Shown here one piece after another: positions 25,345-38,265 of a stretch of 64,000 bases of DNA. Made by a program: the position numbers and the translations under genes. This DNA comes from Phyllosticta citribraziliensis. Its lineage: Eukaryota. Where the stretch lies: positions 992,001 through 1,056,000 of the forward strand of contig NW_027117344.1 in the NCBI RefSeq assembly GCF_038025025.1, written 5' to 3'. The notes below the pieces were generated by a model. That model saw nothing but the letters and a program-made list of their open reading frames with translations. It searched no databases and was not told the origin of the DNA. Positions within the stretch are counted from its first letter, which is position 1, and each line of letters opens with the position of its first letter.

Positions 25345-26751
25345 TCAAGCTATCCAGAGAGAAAATGGAGTTAGGCATTCCCCCTGCTCCAGCGCGCATG
25401 CTGTTGTCGATTGCAGCAAGCCAAAGCAAGAAGACCATCGTCGGGATTCGGTTTTTCCTAGGCCTCCGGGCTTGTTTGACGACAGGCATTGCTTATGGGA
25501 CTGCATGACTGAACAGAACAGTGTCTCTCTGGGCGGTCCGATGGCCCCATGGCATTCGCTGCGCACTTTTCCAGATTCCACGACGGGCCCAATCATCTCT
25601 TTTGCGGGAGAGATCCGGTGGTAGTTGTCCATTTCTACCGGGACCGAGTGGTGACTGCAGGCCGTTCCACACACGTGCTAGGTAGTGTGAGATTTGAGCT
25701 TCAGGCATCTTTGTGCAATCTTCCTCGTCATTGAAGTTGGCTGACCTTCCGCTTCGAAGTCGTTTCTGCTAACAGGCTGGCCATCTGCTGAAAATCCGGG
25801 TTCTGGTGAGGCATCTGTAAGAGAATCGGATCTGCTTTGTCGCGGCGAGTGATAGCTACCATCACCCAGCAGCTCCTTTTTGGCCGTACTCCCGTCTTAG
25901 ATTTCCATTCCCATGGGCAGTGCCTGGCTTTGGCTTGCGTCCGTCCTGTGTGCTTCGGCCCCGATGCCACGCGAGGTTTTCCTATGTCTTGGCTGGTTCT
26001 CTCCATAATCTGAGGCTTTGTCTAGCGCCGCTTGCAAGTCGAAGAAAAAGTCGACCTTGTTCGCGCCCATCTCGTCAAGTTTATTCTGGGCCGCAGAATC
26101 CCAAGTCAGATCCACAGGCGGATGAGAGTCTTCCCAGACAGGGTGTGCCCTTCCGGTAACTCCACGGTGGCGGTCGACTCCTTCGACATGCTCAATATAT
26201 TTTACATGGTCTGTGGTAAGAGCGATGCCTATGGTGTGATCCCAGTCCACTTCTTCGCCCAGGTCTGAAGTCGCTTCGGCGCCATATGATTGGCCATTGT
26301 CATGTCCTTGCACGATGGGTGATCCGACTTCCGCAGTAGTGAGTGCGTTGGTGGAGGAGTGGCCGTGGTTCTGGGCAACGTCTGTTTGGGGTTTTCTATG
26401 CTTCTGCTCCGCCTGCGAGTCCAGTTGATCGAAAGTCTCGATTGTCGAAGTCCAGATACCATGTGTTGCGGGTGAGATGTCTCCCTTGAGTGGTGCTAGT
26501 CCATGTCGCGGCGGGGCCCCTGAGGCAGCAGTGGTGTATGGCAGGGACTGGACAGGTCTGATTGGTTTACTTTGTTTGCGGAGGCTTCCGTTGCGAAAGA
26601 ATGTCTTGATCGTATCTCCCATTCTGAACGTGATTTTGCGCTTTCTGCCCTGATGGTTGATCGCTGCAAGACATTGACCAGCCTGGGCCTGACCTTGTTA
26701 TACTGCGGCGTATTGAAGTTGGTGCGTTTGAAGCCTTTCTCTTCCCATCAT
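25345..26751 (-). pseudogene. Probable stop-interrupted hypothetical gene at the edge of the RIP block
   Basis: ORF 26622-25897 (241 aa) is in frame with an upstream ATG at 26751 and with ORF 25674-25345. The frame is broken only by TAA (26700), TAA (25899) and TAG (25680). No recognisable domain. Confidence 0.45.
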
Positions 26752-27185
26752 GGGGTGCACGCTAGCAAGGTCTAGATCGTGCAGGGTCCAACTAGAGGGA
26801 CTGCGGTGTAAACAACGCCATCTACGCTAGAAACGCCACTTTAGGCTATCTCTCTTAGTAACTTTACTTTTAGGTCTTAGATAGAAGTAGATCCTAATAT
26901 TTATCTCTATTTATTTATTTATTTAGTTTAACATCCCTCTTAAGTCTAAGACTATAAGAGATAAGGATAGCTATTCTAGTAGTTATATATAGCTTATATA
27001 TTATATATCCTATTAGGCTCTAACTATATTAGGAGTATATATATATTACTAGTCTTTCTTAGGGATTTTTTTAGTAGTTATAATTAGACATTTTAGGCCT
27101 AGGCCTTATAGGAAAATTACTAAACTAGTAATATAAGTAGAAATAAGTAAGAACTAATAGAGTATAGGTTTATAAAGGAAAAGTT

Positions 27186-27520
27186 TACTATAACTTATAA
27201 GATTCTTATTTTATAGGTTAGGGCTAAAGGTAAACTACTAGAGAATATATATATATATCTTAATTAAATATAATATATTAAAAGAATAAAATATAAAAGA
27301 TACTTACTTCCTATCTATTTCCTAGTCTTACCTTTATACCTTTCTATCTCTAGACCTTTATATAAGGGTTAATAGTTATTATTAGGTTAATTATAAAGGT
27401 AAGGTATTAATAGGTTATTATAATATATTAGCCTAAGGCTATAGTAGCTAGTAGCCTATAACTATATAATACTAGGTTTATCTATACTAGTATTAGTACT
27501 TATATAGATATATAAATACC
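27186..27520 (-). repeat. Family-A LTR (variant), directly abutting the next LTR
   Basis: Aligns with 27521-27911, 37887-38365 and 45744-46134; lacks about 44 bp of the internal subrepeat region and its last ~10 bp merge with the next LTR. Confidence 0.8.
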
Positions 27521-27911
27521 TATTATAACTTATAAAGTACTTATTTATAGGTTAGGGCTAAAGGTAAACTACTAGAGAATATATATATATCTTAATTAAA
27601 TATAATAAGTTAAAAGAATAAAATATAAAAGATACTTACTTCCTATCTATTTCCTAGCCTCCCCTTTATACCTTTCTATCTTTTAACCTTTATATAAGGA
27701 TTATTAGTTGTTATTAGGTTATTTCTAAAGGTAAGGTATTAATAGGTTATTATATAGTATCTATCTAAGGCTATAGTAGCTAGTAGTAGCCTAAGATATA
27801 GATAGTATTTAGCCTAAGGCTATAGTAGCTAGTAGCTTATAACTATATAATACTAGGTTTATTTATACTAGTCTTAGTACTTATATAGGTATATAAATAC
27901 CTATTATAATA
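27521..27911 (-). repeat. 3' LTR of element A1 (391 bp)
   Basis: Termini tattataac...ttataata (RIP-converted TG...CA inverted ends); followed by a C29 tract, i.e. a polypurine tract on the minus strand. Confidence 0.85.
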
Positions 27912-27916
27912 TATAC

Positions 27917-27948
<32 letters not shown>

Positions 27949-28119
27949 GAGAAGCTAGAATTATAAGAATTAGTAGCTATAGGTACTTATATAGGTATAG
28001 ACTTATAATATATAGTAGTAGTAATTTAGTAATTTAGGAATTCTATATAGTTATAAAGTATAATTATTAGTCTAGCTTTATTACTATACTATCTTTCTCT
28101 ATTACTATCTTCTATTACT

Positions 28120-28880
28120 ATATAACCTATAGAAGGTTACTATCTACCTTAGCTATATCTAGAGCTCCCTACTAAAGTATATTATTATCCTACCTAATTT
28201 AGCTATAATCTAGTAAACTAATAGTTATATAAAGGCTTAAAGGAGCTATACTCTACTAAGAGTAATAAAGAAGTACTAGTAGATTATTAGCTAGTTACTT
28301 ATTAGCCAGTTACTTATTAGGACTCCTTACTATTATATAATACTTATTATACTATTCTACTATTATATAGTATTACTTATTACCTATTATAGTTACTACT
28401 TACTTAGAGAGCTATTCTTACTAGTAGTATCTATTAGGACTATTATATAGAGTAGTATTATAGTAAGTAAGCCTTTTATCTTAAGAATTATTACTAATTA
28501 TTATTTAGATTCTATAGGACCACCTTATATCTAGGTAGCTTTATATATTTAGGTTTTACTACTTTATTACCTAATCTTACTAACTAATATAGTTATAGAG
28601 GGATAAAATACTAGGGTTACTTATATATATTATAAAGCAGTAAATTAGTACTAAGTAAGGTGAGTTAATTAGCTAATAATTAATAACTATAAGGTAGAGT
28701 AGTAGAGAGGATATAGAGCTATAGCTAATTTAACCTATAGCTTACTTAGGTATATATACTACTATATAACTAAGGTTTAGCTATCCCTATACCTTAGTAT
28801 CCTTATAGACCTTATACCTACTCTACTATCTATCTACTATTAATTTATCTTATTACCCCCCTCCCCTTTAGGTCCTTAAC
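28120..28880 (+). pseudogene. Shorter homolog of the antisense accessory gene in A1
   Basis: Homologous to A2 38549-39030 with an intron at the equivalent site (28463-28508), then diverges; no DUF3716-like part seen. End position is approximate. Confidence 0.5.
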
Positions 28881-31800
28881 CTAAGGACTAGCTATTAGGT
28901 AGGTATAGTCCCTTTTTATTATTTATTTAATACTAATCTAGGATAGTCTTAGCTACTCTATTAAATAAGCTATTATTAGTATCCTACTAAGTTATATTAG
29001 GTAGATATCCTATTTAATAAACCTAAAACTATAGTATACCCCCCCTTTACTTATTTATCTAGGTATCTAGGACCTCCTATATATACTACTCCTCTTTACT
29101 CTTATTATTTAGCTCTAGTAGTAGGGGTAGCTCTTATTACCTAGATAGTAACCTAATATTATATTAATATAATTATTCTATATTAAATTAGTTTATAATA
29201 TAAGAACCTTATAGTAAGTCTAATATTACCTAGTTACCTCTTATAGAGTCTACTTAATATAGCCCTAGATTAGGCTATCTAAGCTTCTAGGGGTATCTAG
29301 TATCTATATACTTTACTTTAATAAAGATAAGGTTATTCTCTTAAATATTATAAGTATATTAGTATTTATTAGCTTAGTATATTTATCTCTCCTTTATAAG
29401 TATAAGTACTAATTAAGTCTTTAACTAGATATCCTCTATTAGTTTTACCTATTCTATAGCTAATACCTTAGCTCTTAATTTTAACTTTAGTCTTACTTTA
29501 CTATAATTAAAGTTTATATATAGTTTAAAGCTATAATATATAAAGAAGGGGGATATACCTATAGAGGTATTAACTAATATATTAGTTATAAGTTTAGTAA
29601 TTAGGAGCTATATATCCTAGTTATCTTATTACTAGTTAATAAAGCTATATAAATACTTTTTAAGCTCTTAGTTAGCTTATTTAGTTTATCTATCTAACTA
29701 TAGGTAATAGGGAGTTATTAGCTTAGCTATTATCTTTAGTTACTATAATACCTCTCTCTATAAGTTAGTAATAAACTATAGGCTATAGTCTAAGATAATA
29801 GTCCTTAATAGGCTATAGAGGCTAAAGACCTACTTAATTATTATTTTAGCTATTTAAGCTACTTCTATCCTACTATCTTCTATATTATACTTAATATAGT
29901 ATTTAGATTTACTAGATTAGTTATATACTATAAGGATAGTATTATAACCCTACTTAGTCTTCTTAAGTCTAGTTATAAAGTCTATAGTAAGGTCCTCCTA
30001 TAGGTACTCTCCTACTAGTAATAGCTATAGTAGGCTATTTATCTTATTATACTTCTAGCTATAGCTATAAAGTATATAGTTCTTTATAAATTAGGTAATT
30101 AGTTCCCTTATCTTTAAGAAATAATACTAGCTTAATACTATAGGGTATATTCTAGCTATACCTAGATATCCTATTACTAGCTACTTATAGATATACCTAA
30201 GTAAGTAGATATATAGATTATCCTTCTCTAGGATATATAACCTATTAGCTATATATAGTAAGCTATTATAGAGTATATATACTTTATACTCTCTTACTTA
30301 CTTATAAAGAGAGTCTATCTTTAGTATTAGCTTATAGTTATACTATTTAATTACTTTAATAATATCCTCTAGGTCTATTAGATATTTACTTTAGGTATCT
30401 AGTTAACTAGTAACCCCTTTAGGGTCCTTTATCTAGGTATTACTATTATCTTTCTTTCTATTAGTTATTAGGTTTACTATACTAGTAGAAGATAAAGTAA
30501 GTAGGGAAGGAGTATTATAATCTATCTCTCTTAAGCTTAACCTATTAATTAAGGTCTACTCTTCCTATTTATAGTTATTATTATTATTATTTATAAATTA
30601 TATTAGGAGAGGGGGGAATATAGAGCTAATAAGTAGTATTAGCTACTTATTCTCTAGCTTTACCTTAGTATATTCTAGGTTATCTTTAATAATATTATCC
30701 TTATACTCCTTTAGAGGGGTATAGAAGGGAGTATACTTATTATTAGATTTATTTATAATAGAATTAGCCTAGTCCTCTTTTAAGAGCTTTAGGTCCTACT
30801 ATTTATAGGACTTATCTAATCTTTTAGGGGGAAGTAGTACTTAATACTAGTACTAGTTATAATTATTATTCTTAGTTACTTAGTCTTATATTTAGTAGGT
30901 AAGAGTATTAGCTTTACTATTTACTTTTCTAGGTTAGTAGATAATTTTAAAATAGTATCTTACTAGTTCTTTATTCTATTAAATCTAATACCTTTAGAGC
31001 TTCTTAGTTATTATAAACTATTATAGTATCTAGTAATTAGTATATATAGTAAATAGTCCTAGATCTACTAACTTTAACTCTAGCTCCTAGGCTTTAAGTA
31101 CTATAATAATAGCTAATAATTCTTTATTATAGATTATATAATTTATTTTAACTAGAGTTATAGTATAGGAGAAAAATACTACTAGGTATATCTATTTATT
31201 AATCTTCTAAGAGAGAACCCTACTAATATTAATATTAGATATATTAGTTTCTATAATAGTCTTAAGCTTTAGGTTAAAGTAGTATAATATAGGTATACTT
31301 ATTATAGTATCCTTAAGAGCCTTAAATACCTACTACTATTCTAGTCCCTATATAAATAGGATATCCTTTCCTATTAGTTATATTACTAGCTTAGCTTTAC
31401 TACTAAATCTATAGATAAAATACCTATAAAAGTTTATAAATCCTAAGAATAATTAGATATTATATATAGAGTAAGGGGCTTACTAACCTATAATTACTTT
31501 AATCTTTATAGGGTCTATTCTTAGTCCCTTAGTAGTAATAATTACTCCTAAAAACTTTATTTCTTATATATAGAAATTATACTTATTAATATCTACTTAT
31601 AAGCCCTAGTCTTAGAGATATTTTAATACTTTATAGATTTACTAGTAGTATTAACTAAGTATCTTACTATAGATAAGTAAATTATCTAGGTATACTATAT
31701 AAAACTTATTTAGAAACTCTATAAGGTATTAGTTAATAAGGTACTATTAGACTATAGGTCTATTAGTAATACTAAAGGGTATTACCTTATAATAATAGGT

Positions 31801-32466
31801 ACTAAATTTTATTTAGAATATTATAAGATTATATAAGTCTTTATCTACTAGGATATAATTAAAAGCCTACCTAATATCTACTTTAGTTAACTATTTAGCT
31901 CCCCTAATAAGAGTAATAGTCTTATTAATTAATAGGATAGTATATCTATCCTTCTTTATTATACTATTAAGATATTAGTAGTCTATATAGAACTATATAC
32001 TACCTCTAGGCTTATAAACTAGTAGAATAGAAAATAAGATAGGGGAGTAGCTCTTTTTAATAAAATCCTTAGCCTTATTCTCTTAAATATACTACTTTAC
32101 CTTACCTACTATTACTTTAGATATATATAATAGCCTACTATATCTAGTACTAGTAGTATTACTACTTAATTTAATTTTAAAGTCTAGTCTAGGGTAGGAA
32201 GAGGGAAGTTTATATAATAGTATTACCTAGGCTATCCCTATAAATAGGCTTAATAGCTAAGACTGCTTAGATATATAGATAATTTCCCTAAGTACCTAAT
32301 TCTCTTATATAATCCTTAAATAGTTAAGTAATTACTTAGAGAGAAATTAGCCTCTAGGTAGATATTACTATATACTAGGGCCTAGTCCCCTTAATATAAT
32401 AAATATATATTATTATATAAGTATCTAAGGTAGGATTATAGTTAGTAGAGGTTATATAACCCCTAG

Positions 32467-33062
32467 TATGGCACTGCTAGCCAGCATAGTTTTTATAGCT
32501 TTTAATAGTTACTTTTAGCGATTATTATTCTTATTCTCAGCTGCGGTTTTAGCTCAGATATAAGTAGAAGATTAGGCTGGTAAGAAAATAAGACTATAGG
32601 CAGCTCTAGAATACTAGGAAGATATAGTTCTATATAGTTTAGTAGTAATAATAATAGCTAATAAAAGTATAAGTAAACTTAGTACCTTTAGTAGTAATAG
32701 GAGGTTTTATATTATTAGTATTTTAGTAGTAGATTAGCTGGTTATATACCCCCTTTTATAGCTACTTATTAAGAGGTACTACTTATATAAATAAAGTCTT
32801 TTAGTACTTAGTTAAACTATTATCTACTAAATACTTAGTTATTTATTTATTTATACTTATTATTTATACCTAAGTCTTATACTACTTAGATAATGAAGCG
32901 ATAGCTAGATAGTAGCTTATTTTAGTTAGTTTAGTAGTTATTTTATTCCTATTTTATAGAGCCTACTTATTTACTACTAGTTACTATCTCTTATACCTCT
33001 CCTAGTACTAGTATTCTAGCTAGCTAAGTAAGTATATTAGTAAGTAGCTAGTCCTACCTATA
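32467..33062 (+). repeat. 5' LTR of element B (596 bp)
   Basis: Colinear with 57530-58125, differing mostly by transitions. Confidence 0.9.
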
Positions 33063-33341
33063 TTTTATAGTATAGCTTCTATAGATTAGGAGCTTACTAT
33101 TACCTAATTATATAAATATATAATAGTAGTAGAAATTAGGTAAGTAAAAGGCTTTAGGATATTACTAATAAGTACTATTAATTTTACCCTCCCCTATCTA
33201 GCCTATTATTATATATTTACCGTACTAGTTATTACTATTTTATTAGTATTTATTTACTTATTTATCTTAGGTACTATTTTATAGATACTATATAAGCTAT
33301 AAGATTAATACTTATAATTTTATAGTAGGTTAGTATATACT

Positions 33342-36300
33342 TATCGCAGTCCACAGATAGTTAGGGATGCCTTAGGTAAGCAAGGCAGGTACTAGCTAGT
33401 AGGCTTAGTAGTATAAGTAAGTAGATAAGAATAAGTAGGGCCCTAGGGTTAAGATAGAAATAATAATAATATAATCCTTACTTAAGAAAAGATATCCTAA
33501 CTAAACTTATAATATCTTTTAGTAGCTAAAAGTACTATAATACTTCCTTTTATTATAGTATCCTCTCTATATCTAGGACCTTTATTACTACTAATATATA
33601 AATACTATAAGTCTACTTCTACTAAAACCTAGGAAGATCCCCTTAAAATAGCTAATAATATATTTCTATATAATACCTAGTAAGGATCTCCTTTCTTATA
33701 TAACCTAGTACTAGTATTATTATAGTAGGACCCTTATTTCTACTATACTTACCTCTTCCTTTAATACTTAGTACTAGTATAAGGAACTACCTATAATATA
33801 GTCCCTAAATAATAAGTTTACTATATTAGTTTTAGAAGAGGATATACTATCTATTTAATAATTTAAGGCCTTCCTCTATTATAGTAAATATAAATAATAG
33901 CTTAAATAAATTACTCTAGTAATAAGGACTTATATTAACCTTATTATAGAAATATTTAAACCCCTAGGTAGTATAGGAGTATCTACTTAATAAATTATAG
34001 CCTCTTAAAGGTACCTTAATTATCTAGTATACTAGGACTCTATAAGAGGTATAAACTAGGCTACTTTTTAGTAAGTCTTAGAATAAGTTAATACTATTTA
34101 TACTAAACTATTCCTAGAGAATTACCTAGTAGTTATAGAATAGGAGTATATAGAAGAGGCTCTAATTAAGGGTATAAGGACTATAATACTAAGTATACTA
34201 ACCTCTACTAATATAGTAGGTTTACTACTAAACCTAGTCCTAATTATACTATATAAGGAGGTAGGCTAATATAATATAAGTATAGGCTTAAGGGTATCTT
34301 AGTCTTTATATAATCTATTCTAGTACCTTTCTCTAATTATATTAGAATATCCTACTATACTAGAGGTATTAGTTCTAGGTATAGTCCTTAAAGTACCTTC
34401 TTAGCTATAAGTTAAGATAGTACCCTAATTACCTTTAGGGCCTACTATAATTACCCTAGAAGTTATACTAAAGTTAATTTAGAAACTATTAAGACCTACT
34501 CCTTCTACTAGTAGCTATACTATACCTAAATAGGGAAAGGGCTAATTAGTTACCTACTTAATAGATCTACCCTCTTTTTAGGTATAAATACCTATTACCT
34601 TATTTTATAGATAACCTTAATTAAAATCTCTATACTATATATTAATTTATTTATAACCTATACTATCTATAGACCCTTAATAACCTATTTTACTAATACC
34701 TATACTAACTTAAAGATACTTATCTTCTTTATATTACTCTACTTCTATATATACCTATTAATAACTCTAGTTATAGATATATATAATTATAAGGCTATAC
34801 TAGCCCTAAGATAAGTAGATAATACCTCTTTAGACTTTCTAATTAAAATCTTTTAAAGGAAAGTAGCTAGTTACCTATACTAGTAGCCTACTTATAGATA
34901 ATAAGCTAGAATATAATCTATAGAGTCCCTATTCTTTTATAGATAATAATTTTAAAGACTAGTATATTCTACTAAACTTTAGTAAAGGTACTAGCTATAT
35001 TTATAAAGACTAGTTTAGATAACCTCCCTTCTTACCTAGCTATAAGCTTCCTTATAGCTATTCTTACTAGCCTTTTAAATAATTATCTAATATTTTCTAG
35101 AGTAGTATAGGCCTAGATTTTATTTAGATCTTTAGCTAATATCTATATAGTAGTCTTCCTTTCTCCTACTAATAGCTACTAGGAAACTAGAATCCTTCCC
35201 TAAGGTATATATACTATAACTAGCTACCCCTATATAATATAATATTACTATATATATATAACTAGTATAGTACTATAAACTAGATTAAAGAGATCTAGTA
35301 GCCTATTATAACTTTAGAATCTTTAGGAGTAAAGCTAGATAAGCTCTAAGATATATTCTCTAAATAATAGAAAGTATAGATAGTAAACCTTACTATAATA
35401 AATAAAGGGGTTAATAAGTAACTTAAGAAGCTTAATATATACTTATCTATACTTAAGATAAGTATACCTTAAGATAAAGGTAAGGTACTACTAAGATTAC
35501 TATAACTATAGAAAGGGGACTATTTCTTCTATAAAAACTAGAAATAGAGATACTAGGAAAGGTATACCTAATATAAGATAGAGGAGCTACTTCTATTAAA
35601 TTCCCCTTCCCTTAAGGATAGGGATAAAGAGGATAAATAGTCTATTACCTTTTAATTTATTCCCCTATAGGGTATAGGAGATAATAATAAGCCTATCCTC
35701 TATAATAATAGGTACCCTCTACTACTTAGCTTATTAAGTAATAATAGATCTAAAGTTCTATAACCTCTATTAACTCTAGCTATTTTACTATAAAGATAGA
35801 GGACTAAACCTATATTATTATCTTAATAGATAGGCCTTATACTACTAAGATAAGAATAGTAAGATCTAGTATATAATACTTATAGGATAGTATAGACTTA
35901 TTAGTAGGGAAGGCTATAATAAGTATATTAATAGGAAGAAGCCTAGTAACCTTAATATTAATAAGATATACCCCTAGGTAATAGGAGGCCTTACTATTTA
36001 TAGTTATAATAGACTACTTTTCTCTATATATAAAGATATCCTAGTTCCTAAGGGTATAAAGTAGTACCTTTATAAGTAAGAAATATAGGATAGAGAAGGC
36101 TATTATACTTTTATAATAAATTATATAATAAGAGGTAATATACTATTAGTAGAGCTCTATATATTTACTACTACTCTTATAAAAAATAGGAATAAGTAGT
36201 CTATAGGTACTAGGTTCTATACTCCTAAAGTAGGAGTAGGTTAGTACTAATATAATAATCCTAATAATAATAATAAGATAGAACTTATAGAGATACTTTA

Positions 36301-37473
36301 AGGTATACCCCCTCTTAATAAGAATATAATATTATAGGATATAAAATCTAAAGGCCTAGATAAGCTTATTTTATAGGTTTACCTAGACTACCCTAACTAT
36401 ACTATATTTATAGTAGATACTAATAATACCCTACTTATAACTTAGGATAAGCTACTTTTAGGTAAACCTAATAATAATAGTAAGTATATTAGATCTAATA
36501 CTAGTATAAAAGACCCCTTAATCCCTAAGGATAGTCCTATTAACTAAGATAATATTATTAATCTAGGTAAAGCTACTTCTCTAGAGTACTTAGTAAACTA
36601 TATAGTATATTAATACCTTAACTTAGGTAAAGTAGGCTCTCTCTACTAATATATAGACCTAATAGCTATACTCTTTATAATAGAATCTTACTAAGCTATA
36701 TACCTTATTATTAGAGGAATTATCTCTAATAAGTTTATTACTCCTATAGTAGTTAATAACCTTACTTTCTATATAGGATTAAACTACCTAATCTAATATA
36801 TTAGGGAGGACCCTCTAGAATATATATAGGTTATTAGACTACTTACTCTATAACTACTTATATTATATATATTATAGGATATAGATAGCCTAGAGTAATA
36901 ATTCCTAGGTACTAATATTAGGTTTACTAAATAGTTTATAGGCTATATTCCCTTAGGATACCTTTATCCTAATTTCTATATAGATATAGGTATTACTATA
37001 TATTATATACCTATACTAGGAGAAGATAAAAGTAGTTATAGTACTAATATATAGAAAAACCTCCTTATCTAGTTATTAGCCCTACCTTATAATAATAATA
37101 TAATAGGTAGTAAGGACTAGTTTAATATAGATAAAGATAGAGATACTAGTAATTAAATATATCCTAGTATAGATCTATTTCTTTCTTTTTAATTACTTCT
37201 TTTTTCTTTCCTTATTTATCCTAGAAGGGGGATATTTCTTAATAGGTAGAGGAGGATAGTAAATTCTAAGTTAAGGATAACTCCTTTTTTTAGCTACTAC
37301 TATTATAGTTTATAGATAGTTAGGGATACCTTAGGTAAGTAAGGTAGGTATTAGCTAGTAGGCTTAGTAGTATAAGTAAGTAGATAAGAATAAGTAGGGC
37401 CCTAGGGCTAAGATAGAAATAATAATAATATAATCCTTACTTAAGAAAAGACGTCCTAACTAAACTTATAATA
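33342..37473 (+). mobile_element. LTR element C, 4132 bp, internally deleted / non-autonomous, inserted in the B leader
   Basis: 173-bp LTRs at 33342-33514 and 37301-37473; 5-bp TSD ATACT at 33337-33341 and 37474-37478. No RT, RNase H or integrase motifs found inside. Confidence 0.88.
35690..37156 (+). pseudogene. RIP-mutated 3' ORF remnant of family C (~490 codons, unknown function)
   Basis: One continuous protein-like frame with no retroelement enzyme motifs; homologous to 61095-62563 on the minus strand in C'. Confidence 0.5.
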
Positions 37474-38155
37474 ATACTCTATAGAATAATAATACTATAC
37501 TATTTAACTTAGGTTAGTTATATTTTTATTAAGTATAATATTATTCTAGGTATTTCTATCTATAAAGTATAGGGGACAAGCCTAGATAGTTAATTCTATA
37601 GTTTTTATATAGTTATATTATAGATATTAGATTATTAAGGCCTATTAAGTATCTAGAACTATTCTATTATATTATAAGGTTAGTAGTTTATATAATAAGT
37701 TATAAAGGTAGATTTAGATATAATTATATAATAAATTTAATAGCCTACCTATAAGAACTATAAGTTCTTCTAGTAGATTAGGAAGAAATAGATAAGGAGG
37801 AAGAGGTATATTAGGAGGAGATAAAGGGAAAGAATAATAATCTAGTTCTTATAGTAGTAGGTACTCTCTTAGGGGCTAATAGTAGGTATTATAACTTATA
37901 GAGTTCTTATTATATAGGTAAGGGCTAAAGGTGAACTGCTAGAGAATATATATATATCTTAATTAAATATAATAAGTTAAAAGAATAAAATATAAAAGAT
38001 ACTTACTACCTATCTATTTCCTAGCTTTCCCTTTATACTATTCTACCTCTTATCCTTTATATAAGGGTCCTTAGTTATTATCAGGTAAGTTATAAAGGTA
38101 AGGTATTAATAGGCTATTATACTATTTCTACCTAGGGCTATAGTAGCTAGTAGTT

Positions 38156-38265
38156 ACCTAAGGTATAGCTAGCTTTTACCTAAGGTATAGCTAGCTTTTA
38201 CCTAAGGTATAGCTAGCTTTTATCTAAGGTATAGCTAGCTTTTACCTAAGGTATAGCTAGCTTTT
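38156..38265 (+). repeat. Five tandem copies of a 22-bp unit (acctaaggtatagctagctttt) inside the A2 left LTR
   Basis: Five contiguous units, the fourth with one C>T; the right LTR has one unit, which accounts for the 88-bp LTR length difference (479 vs 391). Confidence 0.93.

Larger units (their letters stand above)
27521..32466 (-). mobile_element. Ty3/Gypsy chromovirus A1, 3' part (LTR, PPT, chromodomain, integrase, RNase H, RT), RIP-inactivated
   Basis: De-RIP readings on minus: RT EFLDKFCxAYLDDLLIYS (~31690), RNase H ETDASDxxIGGVLSQ (~31240) and YDKELLAI (~31120), integrase WEDLTMDFVTGL (~29980), chromodomain EEEWYVxEVLD...F.V.W.GY (~28980-29095). Confidence 0.88.

Noticed and set aside
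24325..25374. 349-aa plus-strand ORF
   Set aside because: Arg/Ser/Pro-rich, no motif, lies in the cerato-platanin upstream region; probably a chance ORF.
25678..26700. Premature stops repaired by A-to-I editing
   Set aside because: Two of the three are TAA and there are several in one frame; RIP leakage or decay is simpler.
28899..28946. Third intron-like signal (gtaggt...actaat...tag) on the plus strand in A1
   Set aside because: It overlaps the minus-strand chromodomain tail of pol; likely chance in AT-rich DNA.
32459..32466. TSD for element B
   Set aside because: Left flank (cctag) and right flank (ctata) cannot be reconciled by transitions alone, although frame spacing of A1 pol would fit a 5-bp duplication.
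38156..38265. 22-bp repeats as a CRISPR-like array
   Set aside because: Units are contiguous without spacers, inside an LTR, in a eukaryote.
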